Origin: Terracidiphilus sp.
GTDB taxonomy: Bacteria > Acidobacteriota > Terriglobia > Terriglobales > Acidobacteriaceae
DNA length: 64,000 nt
Reading direction: 5' to 3'
NCBI GenBank assembly: GCA_049515155.1
Contig: JBEKUK010000004.1
Coordinates: 24,032 to 88,031 of the forward strand
In this document: piece after piece, positions 9,670-19,383 of the stretch
Layout of the letters: each line of letters starts with the position of its first letter
Position numbering within the stretch: position 1 is the stretch's first letter
Made by a program: the position numbers and the translations under genes
The notes under the pieces: generated by a model
What the model was told of the DNA's origin: nothing
The model's database searches: none
The model's input: the letters and a program-made list of their open reading frames with translations, nothing else

Positions 9670-9960
9670 GCGATTCCTTCATCCTGGTCGGGCGTATGCC
9701 GCCAAGTTTGCTAGTTCCACAGCAGAGCTGGGTTGGGATGGGTCCCTGCTGCATTGTAAAAGCCAAGGGGCTGTTGTGCCTAGTTCTCCGCGGGACGAGA
9801 CAAAACAAGCCCTGTTTTCGCATTTCCGCCATCCGGAGTGCCGTGAAGCCGCACCCGGAAGTCTGGACGCATCGATTTCAGGTGCAGTCGGGATTTGGAC
9901 GCCGCAACTCGAACAAATGTCAACACCGCGAGGGCGGAAAGATTGGTTCGGCTGGGCGCT

Positions 9961-12045
9961 CTACCACACGCGGCAGGAATTTGCCGGATACATCGGCTGG
10001 CCTTTCGTGCAGCCAAAGGCCTTGCCGAATTCGTCGAAATTCTGCACGGAGCCGTTGGCGCGCCAGCGGCCGGGTGAGTGTGGGTCGGTGAGTGCGGATT
10101 GACGAGCCGAGGAGTCGGTCTGGTTTTGACACCAGACCTGGCCGAAGCCAAGGAAATAGCGCTGCGCCTCAGTGTAGCCATCGATCTTGTCGTTGATGGA
10201 TTTGCCTTCGGCAGCAAGCGTATCCAGAAGGGCCATCCAGGCAATGCGCAAACCGCCATTGTCGGCCGTATTTTCGCCGAGCGTGAGCTTGCCGTTGAGG
10301 TGTTGGGCGGGCGTTTCACCCTGCGACGGCGCGGCTTCAAATCCGTTGTATTCGTTCACTTCGCAATCGGTGCGTTCGTTGAAGGCCTTGCGGTCTTCGG
10401 CCGTCTGCCATTCGCGCAGATTGCCTTTGCCATCGTACTTCGATCCCTGATCGTCGAATCCGTGCGTCATTTCGTGCCCGATGACGACGCCGATGCCCCC
10501 GAAGTTCACCGCTGGGTCGATGGTGAAGTCGAAGAACGGCGGCTGCAGAATGCCGGCGGGAAAGTTGATGTCGTTGTTCGACGAGGCGTAGTAGGCGTTC
10601 ACGGTGGGAGGAGTCATGCCCCACTCCTTCTCGTCCACCGGCTTACCCAGGTGATTCAGGTTGTAGTCGCGAGAGAATACAACATCGCGGTCGACGTTGC
10701 CGATCAGGTCATCTCGTTTGATTTCGAGCGCCGAGTAATCGCGCCACTTCTCGGGGTAGCCGATTTTGTTGCGGATCATGGAGAGCTTTTCCTCCGCGGC
10801 TTTCTTCGTCGCGTCGCTCATCCAGGGCAGAGTCTTGATGTCGTCGCCAAGGGCCTTTTCAAGAGCTGCGACCAGCGTATCCATGCTGGCTTTTGCTGTG
10901 GGCGGAAAATTCTGTTTCACCCAGTCCTGCCCCACAGCCTCGCCCAGCGCGCGGTCCGTCATCGCTGTACATTCTTTCCAGCGCGGGGTAGGTTCTTTCT
11001 GGCCTTGCAGCGTCTTGCCGAAGAAGGCGAAGTTTTCGTCGTAGAAAGATGTAGGCAGATTTGTGGCTGAACCGTGCAGCGTATGCCAGCGCAGATAGGA
11101 CTTCCACGCATCGACAGGCTCTTTGGCGATGAGATCGTTGAGGCCCTTGAAAAATTCGGGTGTGGCCACGTTGAGGGTGTCGAAGGGGCGCACCTTGATG
11201 TCTTTGAAGTAGATGCTGAAATCAAAACCGGGCGCGAGCTTTTCGAAGTCGGCGACTGAATAGATGTGATAACGCTTTTCCGGATCGCGCATTTCGGTGC
11301 GATCGGTGGAAGCGGTCGCGAGCGCGGTTTCAATCTCCATGACGGCGGCAGCCTCTTTGGCAGCCACGTCCGGCGCGTCGCCGGCAAGCGTGAACATTCT
11401 TGTCACATGCTCGACATATTGCTTGCGGATCTCGGTGAACCGCTTCGTGTCTTTGATGTAGTAGTCGCGATCGGGCAGCGAGAGGCCGCCCTGACTGATT
11501 TCGGCAATCTCTTTGCTCGAGTCTTTTTCATCCTGGCCGACGTTGAAGCGATAGAGAGGCGCGGGGCTGCCTTGGGCGGCAAGTTCGCCGATGAGCATGG
11601 ACAGGTTCTGCGCATCCTTGAGATCGGCGATGCGTTTGAACACGGGGTCAAGCGGTTCCAGGCCCTTTTCATTCACGAGGCCGGTGTTCATGCAGGCGGC
11701 GAAGTAGTCGCCATATTTCTTTTCAAGAGACGTCTTGGGACTCTTCGCGGCAGCGTCGAGCTCCTGCCAGAGCAGGTAGCGATTGCGCTCGCCCAGCAGT
11801 GAGAAAGACCGTGCCCAGCGCACCTGGTCCGGAGGGATGGGGTTGTCCTTGACCCAGTTGCCGCAGGCGTACTGGTAAAAGTCGGTGCAGGGATCGGCAG
11901 TCTTGTCGATGGCGGAAAGATCGAAGCTCTTGATGGCCTGGGGCGGCGCCGGTTTAGATTCGTCGGTCTGCGCGAAGGCTGAGGCTGTTCCCAGCGCGGC
12001 AGTTGCGGACAGAGCCAAAAAACAGACAAAGCGAAGCCATCTCAT
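9961..12045 (-). CDS. M13 family zinc metallopeptidase (PepO / endothelin-converting-enzyme-like)
   Basis: Signal peptide; HEMTHGFDDQG zinc motif; GENTADNGGL; C-terminus ...NSCRVW. All are hallmarks of peptidase family M13. Confidence 0.92.
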   Translation of the reverse strand: MRWLRFVCFLALSATAALGTASAFAQTDESKPAPPQAIKSFDLSAIDKTADPCTDFYQYACGNWVKDNPIPPDQVRWARSFSLLGERNRYLLWQELDAAAKSPKTSLEKKYGDYFAACMNTGLVNEKGLEPLDPVFKRIADLKDAQNLSMLIGELAAQGSPAPLYRFNVGQDEKDSSKEIAEISQGGLSLPDRDYYIKDTKRFTEIRKQYVEHVTRMFTLAGDAPDVAAKEAAAVMEIETALATASTDRTEMRDPEKRYHIYSVADFEKLAPGFDFSIYFKDIKVRPFDTLNVATPEFFKGLNDLIAKEPVDAWKSYLRWHTLHGSATNLPTSFYDENFAFFGKTLQGQKEPTPRWKECTAMTDRALGEAVGQDWVKQNFPPTAKASMDTLVAALEKALGDDIKTLPWMSDATKKAAEEKLSMIRNKIGYPEKWRDYSALEIKRDDLIGNVDRDVVFSRDYNLNHLGKPVDEKEWGMTPPTVNAYYASSNNDINFPAGILQPPFFDFTIDPAVNFGGIGVVIGHEMTHGFDDQGSKYDGKGNLREWQTAEDRKAFNERTDCEVNEYNGFEAAPSQGETPAQHLNGKLTLGENTADNGGLRIAWMALLDTLAAEGKSINDKIDGYTEAQRYFLGFGQVWCQNQTDSSARQSALTDPHSPGRWRANGSVQNFDEFGKAFGCTKGQPMYPANSCRVW

Positions 12046-12251
12046 AGCGATTCCTTTTTGACGGGGTGATGCGTTCTTCGAACGCGCAGCGCCGGTCTGG
12101 CGGCCGATTTGCGAACGACGAGCTCGGGCCTGGGCTGTCTAAGCTGAAAGGCTATCACGGACAAGGAAGGCAGAGCCGAACAAGAATCCCGGATGGTACA
12201 CTTCGCCGGGTCGGAACCGGAAAGTAAACGGACCCGGCGTAAGGAGAGTCT

Positions 12252-12557
12252 ATGCGCATGATCATGCTGGTTCAGTTCCCCGCTGAGCCATTCAACACGC
12301 TGGTTCGGAAAGGTACGCTGGCGGCCAAAATGAAGAAGATTCTGGATGCGATCAAGCCGGAGTCGATCTACTTCACTGAAATCGACGGTCACCGCGGCGC
12401 CATGGCGGTTGTGGACCTTGAGGTTGCTTCCGATGTTGCCAGGCTTGCGGAACCGTGGTTTATTGGCTTCAACGCAAACGTCGAATTCAGGATTGCCATG
12501 ACGCCCGAAGACCTGGGACAGGCAAACCTGGCTGCCCTCGGAAAGAAGTGGAGTTAG
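12252..12557 (+). CDS. Small conserved-looking hypothetical protein (101 aa)
   Basis: GGAGAG RBS upstream of ATG 12252. The composition is balanced and non-repetitive (MIMLVQFPAEPFNTLVRKGTLAAKMKKILDAIKPESIYFTEIDG...). No family firmly recognised. Confidence 0.5.
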   Translation: MRMIMLVQFPAEPFNTLVRKGTLAAKMKKILDAIKPESIYFTEIDGHRGAMAVVDLEVASDVARLAEPWFIGFNANVEFRIAMTPEDLGQANLAALGKKWS

Positions 12558-12641
12558 ATAGAGATCCGGCGGAATCGGCGCACAGGCCGTCGAGAAAATT
12601 TGCTACACTCCGTTCACAACTTACCCCTTGGAGGATGCAGC

Positions 12642-13949
12642 ATGTTTTCTCGACGGAAGCTGTTGGTGACGTTGTGCCTGTTGTCGGGCGTCGCTGGTTT
12701 GCAGGCACAACCGGCGTCAAAGCCTGCGGCTGGACGCACGCTGGTGCGCGCCGCTCACTTGCTCGATGTAAAGTCGGGCAAGCTGCTGGATGGGCAAACC
12801 ATCGTGGTGGCCGGCGAGACGATCGAGTCCATTGGTCCTTCGGCGCAGGTAACAGCGCACGCCGGAGACAAAGTCATCGACCTGGGCGGTATGACGGTGT
12901 TGTCCGGCCTGATTGACGTGCATACGCACCTGACCATGAATACAGACTTCGACCCCTTTCGCGAAGTGACGTCGACGGATGCCAAAGAAGCGATCAATGG
13001 CGTGGTCAACGCACGCAAGACGCTGATGGCGGGCTTCACCACTGCTCGCAACGTGGGAGCGGGCGGGTACACCGATGTTGATTTGCGCGATGCGATCAAC
13101 TCCGGGCAGGTTCCGGGTCCGCATCTGCTGGTGAGCGGGCCGGCGCTCGGCATTACCGGCGGACACTGCGATGACAACCTGCTGCCCTTCAGCTATCACC
13201 AGATAAGTGACGGCGTTGCCGATGGCATCGCCGAAGTGCAGCGCAAGGTGCGGCAGAACATCAAGTACGGCGCCGACGTCATCAAGATCTGCGCCACGGG
13301 CGGCGTGCTTTCGAAAGGCGACGATCCGCAGGCCTCGCAATACACATTGGAAGAGATGCAGGCCATCGTTGCCGATGCGCATCGGCTCGGCCGCAAAGTC
13401 GCAGCGCACGCGCACGGAGCACAAGGCATTCTGTGGGCCACCGAGGCTGGTGTTGATTCGATCGAACACGGCAGCTACATCGACGATGCGGCGATCGCCG
13501 AAATGAAGAAGCGCGGCACCTACCTGGTGCCGACGCTCTATCTGGAAGACTGGATGATTGCGAACGGCAACCTTCCCCCGTTCTACCACCAGAAGATGCT
13601 GGACACGATTGCTGTCGCCAAGGGCAATATCAAGCGTGCCATGCAGGCGGGCGTGAAGATTGCGCTCGGCACCGATGCGGCGGTTTATCCGCACGGGCTG
13701 AATGCGCACGAGCTGGATGTGTACGTAAACCAGTTGGGCATGGCTCCGCTGGCGGCGCTGCAAACGGCGACGGTGAATGCGGCTGATTTGCTGGGTTTGA
13801 CCGCAAAGACCGGCAGTCTGGAACCAGGCAAGTGGGCCGACATTATCGCCGTCGACAAGAACCCTCTCGACGATGTGCGCGTGCTGCAGGACGTGAAGTT
13901 TGTGATGAAGGCCGGCGTGGTCTACAAAGGGGATTCAAAGACAGAGTAA
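12642..13949 (+). CDS. Secreted amidohydrolase family metallo-hydrolase
   Basis: GGAGGA RBS before ATG 12642, then a signal peptide. LIDVHTHL metal-binding HxH motif, plus KICATGGV, AAHAHG and GTDA. This fits the amidohydrolase superfamily (Xaa-Pro dipeptidase / imidazolonepropionase-like). Confidence 0.88.
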   Translation: MFSRRKLLVTLCLLSGVAGLQAQPASKPAAGRTLVRAAHLLDVKSGKLLDGQTIVVAGETIESIGPSAQVTAHAGDKVIDLGGMTVLSGLIDVHTHLTMNTDFDPFREVTSTDAKEAINGVVNARKTLMAGFTTARNVGAGGYTDVDLRDAINSGQVPGPHLLVSGPALGITGGHCDDNLLPFSYHQISDGVADGIAEVQRKVRQNIKYGADVIKICATGGVLSKGDDPQASQYTLEEMQAIVADAHRLGRKVAAHAHGAQGILWATEAGVDSIEHGSYIDDAAIAEMKKRGTYLVPTLYLEDWMIANGNLPPFYHQKMLDTIAVAKGNIKRAMQAGVKIALGTDAAVYPHGLNAHELDVYVNQLGMAPLAALQTATVNAADLLGLTAKTGSLEPGKWADIIAVDKNPLDDVRVLQDVKFVMKAGVVYKGDSKTE

Positions 13950-13950
13950 C

Positions 13951-14062
13951 CGCGAAGCGGGGCAAGGTTCGTGCTTTCCCAGGTCTCAGAATCGAGACCG
14001 GAGGCACCCAGACTTTGTGCTCACACAACACGCAGATTTCGTGCTTCTCCAACACCCGGATT
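13951..14062. repeat. REP/BIME-like intergenic repeat (locus 1)
   Basis: Contains gctttcccaggtctcagaatcgagaccggaggcaccc, the hairpin module shared with loci at 39.8 kb and 63.6-63.8 kb. Starts directly after the amidohydrolase stop codon. Confidence 0.6.
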
Positions 14063-14065
14063 TCA

Positions 14066-14105
14066 AGATAAAAGGCCCGCAGCCTGGATGGCTGCGGGCC
14101 TTCTT
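14066..14105. terminator. Intrinsic terminator (serves the ppiD-like gene on the minus strand; bidirectional geometry)
   Basis: Stem ggcccgcagcc (14074-14084), loop tggat, stem ggctgcgggcc (14090-14100). Flanked by aaaa on the 5' side and ttctt on the 3' side. Confidence 0.65.
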
Positions 14106-14123
14106 GGTGTGCTTTTCCAGTTA

Positions 14124-16094
14124 TTACATGCCCGGGATTTGCGGGCCTTGCTGCGCCTTGGCGTTCAGGCGGATGCGCTTGTTCTTGTCGTAGTCGGCCA
14201 TGATGCCGCTAAGGAAAACGTTGAAGGCGTCTGAGCGGCGCTGTTCAAGAATTTGATCGCGCGTCTGGTCGAAGCTCTTGGCGATCTCGTCGGGCGTCGG
14301 TTCCTGCTTGTCGAGGATTTTGGCCACCACGCCATTCTGCTCGGCAGTGATGGGGCCGCTGATGCTGCCCACGGGAAGATCGAGCAGTTCGGGCGCTACC
14401 TGCGACACCTGGCCCAGCTCCGGAACCTGACCCTCCGGGGTGACAAGGTCGCTGGTCTTCACCGTCGCATTCAGCTCCTTCGCTGCTTTGGCCAGGTCGC
14501 CGCTCGCTTTTGCTTTGTCGGCCAGTTCCTTGGTCTTGGCGGCCACCAGTTGCGGCAGCATCTCCGTGCGATAGTCATCGAGAACGTGCGTCTTCCAATC
14601 GGCAAATGTAGGTGCATGCGCGGCCTGAATCGCGGTGACCTGGAAGATCGCGTACCCTTCGCCGGTCTGCGCGTCCTGGGGCGCATCGCCCTGCTTGACT
14701 GCAAACGCCTTGGTGAGCAACTGCGAGCCGTCGGGCAGCGCGGAGATTGTCCCCTGGCGCGCCACGGGCGGTGTGGTCACCACTTCCAGGTGATGAGCGG
14801 CGGCTGTCTTGGCCAGACCATCTTTGCCGGCCTCAGTGGTAAGCGTGCGCGCAAAGTTTTCTTCCGATGCGGCGGTCTTGTCGCGGATCAGCGTCGCCTG
14901 GATCGTGGGAAGCACTTCGCTGATGTCCTGTTGATGCGCAGGCTTCCGCTCTTCCACCTGGACAACGTGATAGCCAAACTGGCTCTTCACGATCTGCGTG
15001 TCGCCAATGGCCTGGGAGAAGATGGCCTTGTCGAATTCAGGCACCATGGTGCCGTGTTGCGCGAAGGGCAATTCGCCGCCCGAGTCCTTGCTGCCGGGGT
15101 CGTCGGAGTTTTTCTTGGCCAGGTCGGCAAAGTTAGCGCCGCCCTTGATCTGTTTGAGGATGTCTTCGGCCTTGGCCTTGGCCGCCGCGTCGGTCTTGGC
15201 GTCGGCGTTGGGCGCGAGCTTGATGAGAATGTGGCGGGCCCGGGCCTGTTCGGGGGTAGAGTACTCGCTCTTGTGCTGGTTGTAGTAAGCCTGAATCTCC
15301 TGCTGCGTGGGCTGCGGAACGCCTCCAGGAAGTTCGTTGGGCGTAAACGCGAAGTAGGTGATCTGGCGCTGTTCCGGAACCGCAGTAGCATAGCGAGCGG
15401 CATTCTTCTTGAAGAAGGCTTCGAGGTCGCTGTCAGAGGGGTTAATGCCTTTGCGGATATCGTCCGCCGAAACCACGGCGTAGTCGAATTTGACCTTGAT
15501 AGCGCCCTTGCGGAATTCGTCGCGGACTTCTTTGTCGCTGACCGTCACGCCCCCGGTGATGAGCGCCTGGAGCCGGCGCACGACGATGTCGTTCTTCACG
15601 TCCGTTTCAAATTCCGGCACCGACATATTGAAGCGGTTGGCCACCAATGAAGCGTATTGGTCGTCTCCGATGAACTTGCCGTTCGGAAAAAGCACCTGTC
15701 CAGCGGCGCCGGTCTGCAGGTATTGGCGAACATCGTCTTCGGTGGCGCGAATGCCGAGCTGGTTTGCTTCCTCAAGCAGAATTTGCTGCTGAATGAGCTG
15801 CTTGCCGACGCGCTGCTCGAAAAGGCCCAGAATCATGGGGTTATCGGGATAGCGCTGCTGTTGCAGCTGCGCCCGCGCCATCTTGTCCACCTTTTCCTGG
15901 CTTACGGTCGCGCCGGAAGAGAGGAAACGGCTGTACCAATGCGGGTAGATCACGGCATAGGTATCGGCGGAGGTCGCGCTCTGGCCGGTCAAGCCGGGAA
16001 TCAGGTAGACCACCATCGACACGGAGGCCATACCGATGATGACGACGAAAAACGCTTTGACAACGCGGCTGTCTCTTTGCAGGAAACGAATCAT
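14124..16094 (-). CDS. ppiD: Membrane-anchored periplasmic chaperone / parvulin-type peptidyl-prolyl isomerase (PpiD/SurA-like)
   Basis: N-terminal anchor VVKAFFVVIIGMASVSMVVYLI. Parvulin domain ARHILIKL...GGELPFAQHGTMVPEFDKAIF...SQFGYHVVQVE. Confidence 0.82.
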   Translation of the reverse strand: MIRFLQRDSRVVKAFFVVIIGMASVSMVVYLIPGLTGQSATSADTYAVIYPHWYSRFLSSGATVSQEKVDKMARAQLQQQRYPDNPMILGLFEQRVGKQLIQQQILLEEANQLGIRATEDDVRQYLQTGAAGQVLFPNGKFIGDDQYASLVANRFNMSVPEFETDVKNDIVVRRLQALITGGVTVSDKEVRDEFRKGAIKVKFDYAVVSADDIRKGINPSDSDLEAFFKKNAARYATAVPEQRQITYFAFTPNELPGGVPQPTQQEIQAYYNQHKSEYSTPEQARARHILIKLAPNADAKTDAAAKAKAEDILKQIKGGANFADLAKKNSDDPGSKDSGGELPFAQHGTMVPEFDKAIFSQAIGDTQIVKSQFGYHVVQVEERKPAHQQDISEVLPTIQATLIRDKTAASEENFARTLTTEAGKDGLAKTAAAHHLEVVTTPPVARQGTISALPDGSQLLTKAFAVKQGDAPQDAQTGEGYAIFQVTAIQAAHAPTFADWKTHVLDDYRTEMLPQLVAAKTKELADKAKASGDLAKAAKELNATVKTSDLVTPEGQVPELGQVSQVAPELLDLPVGSISGPITAEQNGVVAKILDKQEPTPDEIAKSFDQTRDQILEQRRSDAFNVFLSGIMADYDKNKRIRLNAKAQQGPQIPGM

Positions 16095-16356
16095 GGATGG
16101 ATCTGAACCTTCTGCTCTCTACGCGCCGGCGTGGCGTACTCAACCTCGGCCTGCACAGGCCATTGAAGGCCCAGGCTCGAAGGCAAATATCAGTCACACA
16201 GGGGCAATTCTCGCGCGATATTCGACGGGCGCGAGTCTACGCCATTATAGACGACCCGAGGAGGGAAGAGACAGGGTTGGCAATTCCCGGCCGGAAACAA
16301 AACGGGCATCCCGATCGCCGGGATGCCCGCTGGACCTCGCTTCAGCCGCAAGGGCT

Positions 16357-17685
16357 TTAGCGCCAGTAGTACTCGCCCCCGACGAGGTAGTAAGGCCGGT
16401 AGTAGACCGGGCCGTATGGGTACGGCCCGGAACCGGCATAGTAGGCCGCGCCATAAGGAGAAGGTCCGCGACGATAGAGATTCGGCCCTCCCTGGTAAAG
16501 TCCCTCAGCCAAACGGGCCGCTTCCTGCGAACTGACTGGATCGACGGTTACAGGCGTGTTGATGTGGAAGGTGACCAGCGCTTCAGCCGGAATCCAGGCA
16601 CGAGGACCGCTGGAAGCCGCGGAAGCTCCAACGCCTGCCGCGACACCGGCGCCCGCACCCACTGCGCATCCCACACCGCGGCCCACGGCGCAACCGATGA
16701 TGGTGCCCAGAATTCCGCCACCGACGGCGTTGCCGACGGTCTGATTTGCCTTGTTCGGTCCCTTCACCTTGAACTGATCGGTATCCAGGTCATAGCTGTG
16801 GCCGCCCAGGTCGAGAGAGGTAAGCCGGAGTGCCAGTTCCGCGCTACCGCCCAGGTCGCCGGCCTTCTTGCTTTCGGTCACTACACCGTGGACCGTCGCA
16901 CCCTTGGGAATCGCCAGAACTCCCCCGATCGCTACATCGCGAATCACGGTGAATTGGACCGAAGTTCCGTCTTTAGCGCGCTTGTTGTCGAGCGCTTCGC
17001 TGGTGCGCAGCTGCAACAGGGTTCCCTGGGGAATAGTTACCGGCCCGGTCGGCTCTTGATATCGCGGCTGTGGCGGGGGCCCTTGAGCATATTGGCCCTG
17101 TTGGGGCGGATATTGAGGAGGATAGGGCTGCTGTGGAGCATACGGCGGCCGCGCCGGAGGATAATAGGGTGCGGGCGGCTGAGCCTGTGCCTGGTTGGGG
17201 TACTGGCCCTGACCCTGGTCTGGGTACTGCTGCTGCTGGGGCGGCGCCTGGGCGGTCATTTGACCGTCGGATTGGGCCGGAGCGGCGTCGTCGGGCTGGT
17301 TTTGATCCTGCGGCGGTGGGCCTGCCTGGGCATCTTGCGGGTTGCCGACAGCCAGGTTGTTATTCACCTTGGTGACGCCGGGAACATGGGCAGCGATCGA
17401 TTCGGCCAAATTCTTTGAGGCATCGGTCGAAACCGTTCCCGAGAGCGAAACGGCGCCCTGAATTGTAGCGGCCGTAATCAGGTCGTCTTTCAACGCCGCG
17501 GAGGCATCGAGTGCGTGGACCACGTCCATCTCGATTTGCCCATCGGTGCGCTGGCCGGCCGGAGCCGAAGGGGAACCAGTATCGGGGGCCTGACTTTGCG
17601 CCGCTGCAATGCCGCCAGCGAGCAGCAGCCCGGTCAAGGCCAACCCCACGGGAATCATGCTCTTCATGATGAATTGTCGCTTCAT
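16357..17685 (-). CDS. BON-domain secreted protein with a P/Q-rich linker, glycine zipper and Tyr-rich tail
   Basis: Signal peptide. BON-like segment VVHALDASAALKDDLITAATIQGAVSLSGTVSTDASKNLAESIAAHVPGVTKVNNNLAV, followed by a P/Q/Y low-complexity stretch of about 100 aa. The start is 17685 or 17667. Confidence 0.72.
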   Translation of the reverse strand: MKRQFIMKSMIPVGLALTGLLLAGGIAAAQSQAPDTGSPSAPAGQRTDGQIEMDVVHALDASAALKDDLITAATIQGAVSLSGTVSTDASKNLAESIAAHVPGVTKVNNNLAVGNPQDAQAGPPPQDQNQPDDAAPAQSDGQMTAQAPPQQQQYPDQGQGQYPNQAQAQPPAPYYPPARPPYAPQQPYPPQYPPQQGQYAQGPPPQPRYQEPTGPVTIPQGTLLQLRTSEALDNKRAKDGTSVQFTVIRDVAIGGVLAIPKGATVHGVVTESKKAGDLGGSAELALRLTSLDLGGHSYDLDTDQFKVKGPNKANQTVGNAVGGGILGTIIGCAVGRGVGCAVGAGAGVAAGVGASAASSGPRAWIPAEALVTFHINTPVTVDPVSSQEAARLAEGLYQGGPNLYRRGPSPYGAAYYAGSGPYPYGPVYYRPYYLVGGEYYWR

Positions 17686-17933
17686 TGCTGAATTCTCCTC
17701 TGCCTGAGGTGATGCTCCCTATTTTCATCCTGCCGCAAAGCGTTTAACCGCTTAGACGGCATGCACAAGGAGCTGTCATCTCTTCCAACCCCTGCCGCGG
17801 GAAAAAGTTCCGCGCTATTAGACTGGATGCGCGACCCCCGCTCTGGGTAGCGTGAATCAGATCCCGCGGCGGTGTCCATCCCCAAAACGAATCAATTCGC
17901 GCAATGGAACATCCGAGGTTCACAGAGGTGAAT

Positions 17934-18401
17934 ATGGCTGAACGGCTGAATTACGCCAAGGCGTTTCCTGAGGGCATCCACGCGGTTCTAAACCTGGAAA
18001 AGACGATTCGCGCGAGCGGGTTGGAGAGCTCGTTGCTCGGACTGGTAAAGACGCGGGCCTCGCAGATGAATGGTTGTGCCTATTGCATCGATATGCACAC
18101 CAAGGATGCGCGCGCCGAAGGAGAAACCGAGCAACGGCTCTATGCACTTTCAGCATGGCGCGACACGCCTTTCTTTACGCCGCGCGAGCGCGCAGCCCTT
18201 GCGTGGACCGAGACGCTGACCAATATTCAGCAAGGGCACGCTTCCGACGAAGAATATGCTGCGGTGCGAAGCCAGTTCGACGAAGCCGGGCTTGTCCGCC
18301 TTACGCTGGCGATCACACAAATCAACACGTGGAACCGCATTGCCATCGGGTTTCGCGCTGAACCGGGAATCTATCAACCCACGGCGCATGGGAAGGCGTG
18401 A
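17934..18401 (+). CDS. Carboxymuconolactone decarboxylase family (AhpD-like) protein
   Basis: MAERLNYAK...LVKTRASQMNGCAYCIDMHTKDAR...ERLYALSAWRDTPFFTPRERAALAWTE. This is the CMD-family CxxC signature. Confidence 0.88.
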   Translation: MAERLNYAKAFPEGIHAVLNLEKTIRASGLESSLLGLVKTRASQMNGCAYCIDMHTKDARAEGETEQRLYALSAWRDTPFFTPRERAALAWTETLTNIQQGHASDEEYAAVRSQFDEAGLVRLTLAITQINTWNRIAIGFRAEPGIYQPTAHGKA

Positions 18402-18416
18402 GGCCAAGCCAAAAGC

Positions 18417-19148
18417 CTAAAAGAGCAGCTCACCGGCTTCTTCGCGGATGGCCGCCAGCAGCGTTTTAAGGAGCGCGACCTTCGGCTTGGCCAGGCGCCG
18501 GGAGCTTTCCAGGCGAAGTTTTGCAGGTAGCGTGGCGATGGCTTTTTCGAGAACTGAAACCACGCTGGAGAACGTGGGGAAGCGTGTATCGCGGCCGACT
18601 TTGCAGATGGCCCGCAGCGCACCTACCGCCCCGAGCTGCTCCAGAATGTCTGCGTCGCGCAGCAGGATGGCTTCCAATTCAATCGGCTCATCTTGAGGCT
18701 GATGGGTGCGAATAGCCGCCACGACGGCTTCGATCTTTTCCGAGGGAAAGCTCCAGGACAAAAGCAGTTCGCGGGTGCGGGCAATCGTGTAAGGGACATG
18801 GTCCCAGCGCGCCAGCTGGTCGGGGTCCGAGGGACGGTGACCGAGGAAGACGCCCAGGTCGTGCATCCAGGCTGCGGCGAACACAACGTCGTCGTCGAAT
18901 TCGAGGCCCGCGCCGACCAGGCAAGCCTGCGCGTACAGGCGCGGCTGGTGTCCAAACTTCTCCTCGGGTAAGGCCTCGGCGCGAATGTAGGCGGCCACCG
19001 AAGCTCGCCAGCCAACCTGCGCCTCAGAAGCCTTGACACTTTTCGCCATTTTCCTCGACTCACTTTCTCTCTTCAGACTGAGCAAGAATACCGCGCGGCT
19101 GGAATCCGCGGCCAGGAACTCAGGAGTTCGGATTGGCGGCTGGGACAC
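18417..19148 (-). CDS. HD-domain phosphohydrolase-like protein
   Basis: AAWMHDLGVF (HD motif) and LLRDADILEQLGAVGALR are typical of HD superfamily proteins. The start is uncertain (19148 or 19049). Confidence 0.68.
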   Translation of the reverse strand: MSQPPIRTPEFLAADSSRAVFLLSLKRESESRKMAKSVKASEAQVGWRASVAAYIRAEALPEEKFGHQPRLYAQACLVGAGLEFDDDVVFAAAWMHDLGVFLGHRPSDPDQLARWDHVPYTIARTRELLLSWSFPSEKIEAVVAAIRTHQPQDEPIELEAILLRDADILEQLGAVGALRAICKVGRDTRFPTFSSVVSVLEKAIATLPAKLRLESSRRLAKPKVALLKTLLAAIREEAGELLF

Positions 19149-19383
19149 GTATTGTTATTGAGTACCCTCGTTCTCAGATGGCCTTGAACGGTTTGCCCAT
19201 CGGGCCCGCAATGGTTAGCCTTGGAGAACACTCTTCTTCGGGTTTTCCTGGCTGAATGGAATGAAGGCTTTCCGGACGACGCAAGAACGGCGGGAAGACG
19301 GTTCCGAGAAAGAGCGGGCCTCGTGGAGAATTCTTAATCGCGTCATACGGCCATCGATACATGAGAAAAGAGATTGATCCCCT

